Shown here in pieces: positions 1 to 9,147 of a stretch of 10,212 nt of DNA. Numbering within the stretch: the stretch's first letter is position 1; the number at the start of each line of letters is the position of its first letter. The DNA is from Ramazzottius varieornatus (lineage: Eukaryota; Animalia; Tardigrada), in NCBI GenBank assembly GCA_001949185.1, contig BDGG01000035.1, forward strand, positions 1 through 10,212. The letters run 5' to 3'. Made by a program: the position numbers and the translations under genes. The notes below the pieces were generated by a model, which worked only from the letters and a program-made list of their open reading frames with translations, was not told where the DNA came from and did not search any database.

Positions 1-150
1 AACTTCATTATATAGCCCAAATTATATCGTGTACAGGTATTTTTGACCAGTGATTCAGCGTAAAAGCGGAAACGGTCCGTAACTGGCTCTTCTGACGTAC
101 ACAAATTCATATTGTGGCGCCATTTGAACGAATCAAAGAATCCTGCTTCA

Positions 151-783
151 TTACGAGAACAATGTGTTTCTGGTACAAAGAAAAGGGTCATAGTCTCTCG
201 TGACTGCGGGCTGGGAGAACCTGGAAGAAAGCTTTGCGCTGCCCCGCTGTGCAAAGCGGTCTCTCTTTACAATCTTCGCAAAAAGCGGCCTTGAGCCATG
301 GCGAACCCAGTTCTTGCCTTTCCAGACCGGAAGAAGTTTGCTTTCGGAAGTCTCGCATTCCACAGTATTGATGCCAAAGTGAATTGTGGTGTTGAATGGT
401 GGAAGTGCGCGAAGCCCCGCGGGCAGCTATTTCTAAAGCCTAACTGCGGCACGTTTTGCGTGGGAATCCGATCCCACCGCTTCCGCCCAGAATACATCGC
501 CTTTGACGACAGCGATCATGTTTGCCGACAGAGATTTTTGGAGACCTTGAAAAATCTCAGATTGGCAAAGGTGTGGGCGAACACGCACTGCTTTGTTGTG
601 TAACACGACAGCCGCCGTGCAATGTAGTATGGATTCCCCGTTTTGGGGATCTGTTTTCGCCAAGGTTGTCGATATGAGAGGCGTGCTTGTCTCGTCAACA
701 AACACCTTCAGCTGGTACGCGTTTTGGCGTTGTAGAATCCTGAGCACGCCAAAAGGTGTAATTGGTTTTGAGGACGACCACAA
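151..783 (-). other. Unassigned long reading frame interrupted by two close TAG stops
   Basis: ORFs 433..783 and 151..363 share a frame, separated only by TAG-AAA-TAG (435-427). No family recognised. Confidence 0.2.
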
Positions 784-1191
784 AGGTCCTGACGCAGTAA
801 CTGGACAACAGCTGTAGTTCCTTGAAAGTACTGTTTACGACGCGGACAATTCGAGGGATGGAGGCTAATTGGACGTCGGGATTAATATGATTAACCACGT
901 AACTGAATCAAAATGCGCGTTCAACGTCGACGTTCAAAACCCTGTCGAACGATTACCCAGATGAAAATTCAAAAACCGCGGGCAAACTGTGGCTTTATTT
1001 TCGGTACCGCTCGGTCGTCGAATTTGTCGATGCCTTTTTACTTATCATGAGCGATAACTATTAGAACGGTGCCTCAGTGAACGGGAGGTACAGCATTACC
1101 GGAGGAGTGAATTGGTGCGAATGGGCCGCTTTGTTAAGCGGAAAATAAAATTAAGTTTCAAGGTCATCAAAATTTGAGATGTGCTTTTTAA

Positions 1192-1391
1192 TCATGTTAA
1201 CTTTCGATCGTTCAGTGGTGAATGAGCTGCTCCCTTTGTACCATGACGCGGAAGCGTGCCCATCTCGCGTTGATAGGCTCCGATGAAAGCTAGGTTTCCG
1301 TATCCCACTGTCAAAAGCCGCACAGGGTTCAAGGTCACTGGCGGACATTCAGCCGATGACCTGCGCTTCCGGCAGCCTACCTACAGTCTTT
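1192..1391 (-). pseudogene. Pre-M4/M4 and C-terminal remnant (probable last coding exon)
   Basis: Acceptor TATTTCAG at 1392. One frame reads RL*VGCRKRRSSAECPPVTLNPVRLLTVGYGNLAFIGAYQREMG to TGA at 1194-1192, comparable to recalled AMPA KWW..GEC...[27 protein letters not shown]. The TAG falls where TGG (Trp) is expected. Confidence 0.5.
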
Positions 1392-2011
1392 CTGAAATAC
1401 GTTCGGTACTCTTCCCCGAAAAAGAATTTCAACGCAAATGTTAATTATCTCGTGGAAGTTTTAGCAAATTATTATCTACGCCATAAACGCTCCCCCACGA
1501 CGCACCTACTCAATGTAATATCGGAAAGGTCGGCGCAATACTACATTTCCTGCGTCTGGCAATCAGCCCACTTGGGCTTTTGGCCATGACATACGCATGA
1601 CGCCCACATCACTGATCACGTGTTGGATGTATCGAATCATCGAATTTCGTAGGTGGTCTTCTTGACCGGACTAGTACACATCTGTACTGTAGTCTAGAAC
1701 CAGACTTACCCGAAGCAAAGCGGGCTTCTTGACCAGTGTCCGTGTATCCCATGGCCTGCATGATCCTTCTTCCCAAGCTGCCCATCCTCCCGTGAAGACC
1801 CGGCATGTTGGCCTAGTTCACTCGAGGCTGGCAAGTCCAAGGCTCAAACGAGGAGTGGGCTTGCCTCAGCGGAAAAGCCGTCACAGCTCAGCAACACCCA
1901 AGATTTCTAAAAAGGGAAAAAGAAGTTATTTTCCATTGACGATACTCGGCTTTTTATACGTAGTCATCGAAGAGAAGTCAAAGGAGGGACATGATTTTGC
2001 GACAAGAAAGA

Positions 2012-2371
2012 TCAAGTACTGATTGGCTTCTTCAAACACTTGTACCCTTGGCAAGGACTCTTCTTTAATTCTCCACCCTGTCGGTGCTCAGTGAGACCGT
2101 CAAGTACTGTTCTTACTTTCAATGTCGTACACAATAAGCAAACCGCATACAAGAATATATTCCCGACGAAGTGCCGCAAAGATGAAGTGAAGGTATTTCG
2201 AGAAGACAACAATTGCATAACACCTGTCGGTATACAGTACAGCAAAAGCTTGATCACTGTCGGCCCACCAGAAGAAGCCTTCTCCGCTTTCCCATCAGGG
2301 AAACACCCAAGACAAATAACGCAAAAATAACGACTTATGCAATATCTGCCCAAACCGATACCTAATGTCTC
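2012..2371 (-). pseudogene. Channel core remnant (M1 trace, M2 pore loop, M3, start of S2)
   Basis: Acceptor TTTACAG at 2372. ORF 2012..2353 gives LLLYCIPTGVMQ (pore-loop Q), SSLRHFVG ('S.SgRiv'-like), hydrophobic IFLYAVCLLCTT, a GTAAGA donor at 2116, then KKPIST ('PI.s' S2 start). The SYTANLAAF motif is not retained. Confidence 0.6.
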
Positions 2372-2457
2372 CTGTAAACCACTGAAGACAACTTAGCCTC
2401 CCGGAGACTTGCCACTCTCCTCAATCCTCGAATTTAAACAAAGTGCGCATCGATTTA

Positions 2458-2763
2458 CTCGTCTCTTGTCAGACACGATACATATTTCGAGAACGTGAAC
2501 TGTAGAGCCGTTCTCCGCTGGTAATATATAGCACCATCCCCAATGTCAAGCACCCTTGATCAGTACACGGATGAGAGTCCTGTGCAAGATGCTACGGCCT
2601 TGACAATGAGAAGAGACAAGTTCATACACCCTCTTGCTCATCAGGGTCTACAATTCTCTCTGTCTGGAGAAAGAGCAGCTGATCCTCGCAGACAGTTTCC
2701 TCCATTAGATCCCTGTCGGCACTGTTCCCAATTGCGGCTACTAGCTGTTGCCCAGATCGATGG
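2458..2763 (-). pseudogene. S1 ligand-binding segment remnant
   Basis: After the acceptor at 2764: SGQQLVAAIG...EQEG / CMNLSLLIVKAVASCTG...*SRVLDIGDGAIYYQRRTALQFTFSKY, comparable to the iGluR S1 pattern 'eGfcidll..ia...aDia.a.ltit..R...idFskp'. Confidence 0.45.
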
Positions 2764-2812
2764 CTGAATAAAATATGGTTCAGCTCTTGTCTCTCTCGCA
2801 CAATGTACTTAC
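2764..2812 (-). other. Intron (49 nt) at the ATD/S1 junction
   Basis: Donor GTAAGT and acceptor ATTTTATTCAG. Confidence 0.5.
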
Positions 2813-3921
2813 AGTGGACGAGACAACGATAAGAGGCAAATAAAAGGGGGAATTAAGTAGTAATTTAGCTGACTAGCAGAACTGTTCTGGCCATGCTTCG
2901 CTGCTCCAGATATCGCCTCAATTTACCGAAGGCTCTCACTGGCCTACTTCGAGGTCCACGGTCGCCTGTAACGCAACCTTTCCAATAACAAACGAGGACT
3001 TAACTTACCCAACGAACCGCGGTAGAAATGCATGTGGTAACAGCATTGTAGCATGTCGGCGTAACAGATTAATTACAGCTGGACCGTGCAAGCCTGAATG
3101 CGAACTGACATTTCAATACGTGAAAGTTCTGGGTTACATTTGGCGTTTCATCTTCCAGATTAAGTGTGATTATACCTTGCATACTGATCAAAGCTTACAC
3201 AACCACCTACTGTAGGTGAGGTGCGTAAGAAGGCTGGCTTTTCACTTTTGTACTGCGAACGAAGCTCTGCGTCCTGCAATCTCCACCGATGTTCTCAGCA
3301 GCAGAATTTGTTGGCGACAAATGTCAAAGATATGCCGAAGGGAGCAATCTCCCAGGAAATGGCTCTGGCACCAGTTTGTTTCGTAAGCAAGGTCATTTAT
3401 TCAAGCTATTGTGCGCAGCTGCCGTGTCGGTCAGTGCCGATCATATTCCGGGTTTCCGACTCTTTCTCCCGCTTTCTATCTGGCTCTTCCGGGCATGACT
3501 GTCTCACATCATTCGCCAAGTGGGTCGAGAATAATAAAAGTGAATAGTCATGATAAGCTGACACTGAACTTGCGGCTAATTCGTGGTTCACCTCTATGGT
3601 CCGTGAAGCACGAGCGGACAATGTTGCGGCATATCTGATTTGCTGGTACTGTAACAAAGACTGACTAACTTACAATACATTAGTCCGCAGAGTTTTCCTT
3701 TGCCGCGAGGGTGAAGTTCGCCCACAGCAGAATATGAAATTCACGTGGCCAGAAGGCTACAATCCTGATATCCATCTACTTATACAGCCACAAACGGGAA
3801 CGTGGGAAATTGTCCCCTCATAAATCAACCCCAGCGTTTTCTCTCTTGCAGCACTATACCCTTCCACAGTAACGCACGATACAAACACAACATCATCCCT
3901 CCGTAATCCTTCAACGTAACC
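2813..3921 (-). pseudogene. Amino-terminal domain remnant, copy 4
   Basis: Motifs in order: DVVFVSC...TISHVPVCG, FHILLWANFTLAAKEN (~3740-3693), YSLLLFSTHLANDVRQ, LHGPAVINLLRR / HFYRGSLG (exon ending 3009), ATVDLEVGQ* (exon from 2965; the TGA is one change from CGA Arg of the 'G.R' motif). Confidence 0.45.
2966..3008 (-). other. Intron-like segment (43 nt)
   Basis: Donor GG|GTAAGT and acceptor GTTACAG; short. Confidence 0.45.
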
Positions 3922-3969
3922 TAGTTTTGCCTGGAGCTCTCAGTTCATCCATCAGTTCAATTACTCCTC

Positions 3970-5204
3970 ACTCTGACAGTTCCCGGCAGACAGCTGAACA
4001 CAGTGTGTCCCCGGCGTCTAATTGCCCTTGTCATCAATGTCAAACTTGAGGCAGTCCGCCGATTACAAAGTTTCATATTGGCACTACGCAATCGACGAGA
4101 GTACAGTGGCGACTGTCCCAAGAACCCTCTTAATTGAGTTGCCATCAAAAGAGACGATACAACTATCCCCCATTGGGACTTGCGCGCTTCTGCAGACCTT
4201 TTGTTCCATTGACTCAGTTACGCCAGACATGACGTCATGTCGTTATCGCGGCAGTTATCCATCAGGAACCTTCTGGCCGTGAAATGGCCCGCTTACGCAG
4301 TCCCCCCATTGATGCTACTCGATCCCCACAAAACAAAGTCTTCCAGACAAGTTTCGCCCAATCTAACTTGTCTTCGCTTACCCAACAGGAATATCCGTGA
4401 GGTCTCATGTGGGTTACTCTGATTTGGCTCAGTATACGTATTCACTGTCTCGGCAACTGCCGCAAATTCCGGCGTGTTGCATCACACCAACAACCGCTTA
4501 GATTCCTGCGGCAGGAAGGCGATTTTCGTAACGACAATCGCCAGTTGGTATCACTTCCACCCATTCTACGCTTCCCACATCAATAAACAATGTCACCGCA
4601 GGAAGAGGCCCATAAGCGGTATTTGAATACAGGGAAGAGAGAGTAAAGCGGATGCGACGCAGTCTTTGTAACACTTCCGCCCATTCCATAACTGTACATT
4701 CTTCTAGTCAACTGAACGCATAGCTAAAAGAGAGCACCTCCACGCAATTGTTAGAGCTCTGTCAAGTTCACACAGCTGGATCGAAGACATAACAATATGT
4801 CCTGACCTTTCTCAGATTTGCGGGACCATGGGCCAAACGCAGCTCGGGAGATTACGTCTTCACTTCGTCTTCACTTCTGACCCAACCCTGAACGAAACCT
4901 TTTAGCGTCCTGCTGAGAGACTTGACCGTGGTGGCGGACACGACTTTGTGTCCGTCGCTCGTGAAACAGTCAAGCAAAGTGCCGTTATGTTATAAAAGTC
5001 GATAAGAGTTATGAGCTGACAAGGAAAGACCCCACTGTTGCCCCAACAGCTTTTCACCGGTCGTCCTTTGGATAGAGTGAGGGAAGCTTAGTCTACTGCT
5101 TGACCGACCTCACTTCCGAAGCTCGGCAGACTTGCCAAATTGAGCGTATAACGGCCTTCCGGTCGCAACCTTGCACTTTAGTCAGAAACACTTCCTGGAA
5201 CTGT
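3970..5204 (-). pseudogene. Amino-terminal domain remnant, copy 3
   Basis: Motifs in order: VQGCDRKAVIRSIWQVCRASEVRSV (exon from 5204), LITLIDFYNI, KSLSRTLKGFVQGW (4923-4882; compare recalled kainate SSLSRAILDLVQFFKW), EWAEVLQRLRRIRF (from 4686), LKFDIDDKGN* (4050-4018; 'fD..G.R' domain end). Confidence 0.5.
4855..4876 (+). repeat. Perfect 11-nt tandem duplication
   Basis: CGTCTTCACTT occurs twice in tandem. Confidence 0.85.
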
Positions 5205-5278
5205 CTGTGATGAAAAGTGAAGGACAAGAAATACGCCGATCGAAGACATTCCCTCAGAGACTTGTTTAGTTCAATTAC

Positions 5279-6487
5279 GCGGAGATATGTTCTTTCAATC
5301 ATACAGATATGAAAAGTTCGTCGGCCTCGATTGTCTGTCGCAGCTCCCCCTCATATTGCGATCGCTTTACTGCCAAATATTTACACCCTCAACTCTCGAC
5401 CATGACCATGTTGGTCGACTATTACTCGAGGGACATGTTGGCGAAAAGAGGCTGATGGTCATGCTCTCTAAATTTTGCAACGTGTGCCATTTACGCATAG
5501 GACATAAAAGCCCGCCCGCGGTGACCGGTCTCTCATCAGCGTGCCTTCGTGAGCAAAATCCAGCGGGCAGATCTTCCTACCACGACACCACGTGTTCGGA
5601 ATTATTTACGGGCAAAACTCGGCCAGCAAACTATAATAAAATAATCACACTAGCGTATCAAACAAATTCTGCTTTTTTGTCTGCTGTTTAACTCTTCCAC
5701 CTAGTCCTCGAAGACAGTCCGCTGCAGTTTCCACAATCTTACACTACGGCCACTGACAGTGGGAAGACTTGTCCCACGCACAGGTCTCTTCTCATCACTA
5801 TCTCCTCATAGTATCAGTCGAAAGCCCCAAAGCTCCGCTAGATTGACTATAACAGACTTACTTCATCTTTGCTTTGAGATCGATCCAACGTAGATGGCTT
5901 TCCCGTCGTAACTGCAAGGATCAAGAAGGACTTTCAATCGATAGAGGATCAGTAGGGCGTACATCCCGCCAAATGTCGGCTGATCAGTCTGCAAATGAGA
6001 AGTGGAGAACCCTGAAGTGAACACGAGGTTACAATCTTACCGTAATCATGGCGAAACCTTGAATATAGTCGATTACATCGCCAGAAGACCTTGTGTCAAG
6101 ATTATACGCTGCGACTAAGAAAAGACGAGGAAGTGACGATTTGGAAGGCGTCAAGAGCAACTGGCCTACTATCCTCTGGAAGTCAAGTATAACCGTCGCA
6201 GATGTTATGTAGTCCAATGGCCGTTATTTAATAAGTAGGGGAAATATTCCGACCGAGATTGAAGATTACACCGCAGAAGATGTTTTGAGCCATGGTTGTC
6301 CTCCGTCGTTACACCAGTCTAATCGCTCTCCTCGTCATTACACTCAAAACACTCTTGTCTTCATTAGACACCATTTCAGCTCATTTCATCACAGACGGCG
6401 CGACAAGTCTGTCATCGATGGATGTTAACGGAGATATATCTTGGCAAGGTCCTCAAAGCCACGGCCTTCACAGAATGCAGCTCGAAA
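5279..6487 (-). pseudogene. AMPA/kainate-type amino-terminal domain remnant, copy 2
   Basis: Motifs in order: QTCRAVCDEMS*NGV (6411-6367), LPEDSRPVALDAFQ, LKVLLDPCSYDGKAIY (exon 5988-5862), FAGRVLPVNNSEHVVSW (exon from 5630), MTISLFSPTCPSSNSRPTW (from 5462), KAIAI*GGAATDNRGRRTFHICMIE (5368-5294). These parallel recalled kainate MTVSSLQCNRHKPW and AMPA [25 protein letters not shown] segments. Confidence 0.6.
5989..6040 (-). other. Intron (52 nt) of the iGluR relic
   Basis: Donor ACG|GTAAGA and acceptor CTTCTCATTTGCAG. The phase-0 join FAMIT-TDQPTFGG keeps the frame open. Confidence 0.6.
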
Positions 6488-6571
6488 CTAAACCAGCTAA
6501 GTTAGCTCTTCCGAGAACAATCAAGAAGTTAACCCGTTTCACTGGAAGGTCGACTTGGGGAAACAACTTAC
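6488..6571 (-). other. Intron (84 nt) of the iGluR relic
   Basis: Donor GG|GTAAGT, branch-like GCTAAC, acceptor GGTTTAG. The phase-2 join gives FWLLQTQMG-FELHSVKAV. Confidence 0.6.
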
Positions 6572-8273
6572 CCCATTTGTGTCTGAAGTAGCCAGAATGT
6601 CCTCGCTGAACCGATTTCCGCATATTTCCGCCTCGAAATGAGGTCTTAATTAACAAAGTAGTCCAACAGATTTGCCTGTAAATACTGTAAGACTGCAAAA
6701 TACGCAGCGAGGAATCTTCTTCGTTGGAAAGATGAACGTACTGCTGGATCGAGCGGTCGGAAAAGTCGGCGAATGACTAGTCCAGGCACGTTCTAGTCCG
6801 GTGAACAAACACGTTATTGTCGTCTGATGGAAGGCTGGAAGGAAGGGAAAGAAACACAGTTCGTGGTTCAGACGGGTAATTCGAGCAGACATCTTCTGCC
6901 AGCCACCCGAAGAGAACTTTGCCCTAGAATGCAGAGTGGGTGAGCAAGAACATCACACACACTAATTAAGATGCTTCTCGTCATTGAGAAAAAATGGTAC
7001 GAAAACAACAACCGGAATACAATACGGATGGATTCCCAACACAATCAAGCCAGCATACTCCATCAAAGAATTCGAGCTTACCGTTCTTCAAGTAGGCGAT
7101 CGCTCCCACCTCTCCGATACTGTTGGTCGTCCGGATTGTTCTCTTCCCGTAACCATCCCTGGTGCGATCTGGCATCAGAAAGAGGCAAGTGGGTTCAATT
7201 CTACGATAGTCGGCGACTCGAAAAAGGTGGGCAGTTTTGGGCGGAATGTCTGGAATGTGTTAATTCATGGGCAATCAAGATTTGCCCAATCAAGCCTTGA
7301 CTGCTCGATTGCCTCATGATCTGCGGTGCAGTCCACATACAGCAGCGAAACTGCTTTACGGTAAGTCTGACCGCAATCTCCCAAACGGCTGCAAATACGT
7401 CATCGCGGAAGATTGTGTAGTCACCACCAGGTGGCGACCCATGCACCGCACAATTGCCATCCTCGCCCCGGCTGCAGTGCTGGGTATCGGTTATTGTAGC
7501 TATATGACATTCTCGTTTCGTACACTTACTTCTGTCAGGTAGTAAATTTGGCCCTGTGTTGAACCGGTATCAGTCAGAACCTCCAAAAGTAGCCACTTTC
7601 CATGCCAAATTAACGTTATGACTGGCACAAGTCAAATCTCGGACAATTTGTTATGATGCCGAGCGATGCTTCGTTACGATAACATTGGCATGCTTACGGC
7701 ACTTTTGACACAGTTTTAAGCTGTAACTTTGACGTAAAACACGCGATGATATAAGTTCATTTGCCAAGTTCCTGGCAGGAGGAATCTGTCAATTAGCGTA
7801 AAAGTCTGGCTTGGTGAAGCCTATTTTCGCAACTTTACACGTCTCCCACCCCCGTGAAGCTTAAACGCTATTATACGATAATGTCGCTTCTTTAGTACTC
7901 AAACTAGCTAGTGGTTCTGGCCACTGGAAAGGCCGAGCAAAGGAAGCAAACCCTTGTAGAGCGAGCACTTTTACTGCGTCGCGTTGCGTTGCCTAATGCA
8001 AGTAATCGTTTTTCCTCAGCAACTTTCTCTTGTATCACAGGAGAATTTGCCAGCTTAGCAAGGCGGTCAAAATCAAAATATTGCAGAAACGCTAGGTCTG
8101 ACAACGACGTAATCGCCCCGATCAAGTGGCGTGTCTTTTTTCAGTACTGTGTTTGCGATATCCGAAAGCTTGAAGAATCTGATCGTCCATTGAAATCTCG
8201 ACAGACTTAAAAGCGCCTCGCTTCGCTCGGCCTGATTACGCAATAATTTGATGAAGGCTAACTTCCGCCACAT
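6572..8273 (-). pseudogene. Possible amino-terminal (ANF_receptor/LIVBP-like) domain remnant, copy 1
   Basis: IANTVLKK/(frameshift near the A6 run, 8136-8141)TRHLIGAITSLSDLAFLQYFDFDRLAKLANSPVIQ resembles the 'v.aiig...a....iP.i' ATD segment. IFRDDVFAAVWEIAVRLTVKQF (~7350-7415) resembles the helix before the conserved W strand. No clear domain-end motif is visible, so this is the weakest copy. Confidence 0.35.
6924..7081 (-). other. Intron (158 nt) of the iGluR relic
   Basis: Donor CG|GTAAGC, branch-like GCTCAC and acceptor CTCTGCATTCTAG. Confidence 0.5.
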
Positions 8274-8471
8274 TCTCCTACTAGTGACCCACTCCTGTCA
8301 CAATCGTCCGTAGTCAGTATTTGAAGCGAGGAAGGCTCAGCGGTTGTCACAGTGGAAAATTCTCGCTAACCTCTCCCACATGCGCTTGGAGTATCCAGAT
8401 CTACGCACAAACTGGTAATCGCGACCTTGATGGGTAAAATAGAAGGCAACCTCCGCCACAAATCTAGTGAC
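8253..8471 (+). repeat. Imperfect direct repeat (two copies plus a partial third)
   Basis: GAAGGCTAACTTCCGCCACATTCTCCTACTAGTGAC (8253-8288) versus GAAGGCAACCTCCGCCACAAATCTAGTGAC (8442-8471); partial copy GCTAACCTCTCCCACA (8365-8380). Confidence 0.7.
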
Positions 8472-9147
8472 GTTAGCTTTCTGCAGCTAATCTAAAACGA
8501 AATATAGTCGCATCGGGTCATCAAGAGTTCATCGCGCCCTTGTGTTTACTAACGTTATGCAAAAGACACGTCCCGGTTACATGCGAAACATCATCAGCTT
8601 TCGTGAACGGGCTTTCTTAATGCTTAACGGAATCTCTAAACATGGGATTTCCCCCACGGTAATCAAAGTGGTTATCCTCCGTTGTAAAGACAGAAAATAA
8701 GTAGGCGGCTTGGTATTACAGACAACAGAGATCCATTTACGTTATGTCTTTCGGTTATCGCGCCCTTTAAAAATACCACCTTGATCTACTATCTGTTAAT
8801 GTCATCGGCAGGGAAAATTACCTTCCGCGTGAATGAAGGTTTGTTCCCATCAACACGCGAATTAGAGATGTCCCGGAAAGTCCGCTGGTGATAACTAGAC
8901 GAGCAACCTTTATCCGAGAAGTTTCCAATGCTCTTCACCTTCTCACTAACACTTGGGCTTTTCCACTACTTAACGCCCTTTTGTCACCGAGGCTCGATAT
9001 TGAGTTTTGATTCAGAGTCGCGCACACATGCCAGTGTAGTTCGCAGGCGAGATCCATCGAGAAGTCTGGTCCAGTTATCCGACTCTGTTCCATACCAGAT
9101 CTCAGCAGACTCTCGTTCGTTCAACAGTCAAAAGAATCCTGTTCCAT

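Larger units (their letters stand above)
1192..8273 (-). pseudogene. Decayed multi-exon ionotropic glutamate receptor (iGluR/IR-family) pseudogene
   Basis: iGluR-like remnants occur in collinear order on the - strand: ATD motifs; S1-like LDIGDGAIYYQRRTALQFTFSKY; pore/M3-like LLLYCIPTGVMQLLSSRNTFTSSLRHFVGNIFLYAVCLLCTT; KKPIST; and RL*VGC...PVTLNPVRLLTVGYGNLAFIGAYQRE (pre-M4/M4). There are many consensus - strand splice sites, with GTAAGT at 7529, 6571, 5861, 3673, 3008, 2812 and 1709. In-frame TAA/TAG/TGA stops and frameshifts are numerous. Boundaries are approximate and the assignment is by eye. Confidence 0.68.

Noticed and set aside
516-620. CYTTKQCVFAHTFANLR on the - strand resembles the end of a CCCH zinc finger
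   Set aside because: There is no properly spaced first Cys, the frame stops soon after, and no splice context supports it.
1710-1811. RVFTGGWAAWEEG (rhodanese-like) and SLGRRIMQAMGY (G-patch-like) in two - frames
   Set aside because: These are isolated short matches. The segment lies where iGluR S2 is expected and all three frames are open, so it cannot be assigned.
4226-4241. Perfect 16-bp palindrome GACATGACGTCATGTC containing a CRE site (TGACGTCA)
   Set aside because: A single palindrome of this size is not very unlikely in 10 kb, and it lies inside the pseudogene body.
1192-6487. Receptor guanylyl cyclase or class C GPCR, which share the ANF_receptor fold
   Set aside because: I saw no kinase-homology, cyclase or 7TM_3 remnants. 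The downstream motifs fit iGluR S1, pore and M4 better.
5287-7319. Plus-strand ORFs of ~100-134 aa (5287..5691, 6292..6591, 6971..7300, 6984..7319)
   Set aside because: They have no recognisable motifs and are best explained as antisense shadows of the - strand relic.
1192-8273. Alternative genetic code, readthrough or selenocysteine as the cause of the internal stops
   Set aside because: TAA, TAG and TGA all occur together with frameshifts, and the GPCR exon reads normally in the standard code.
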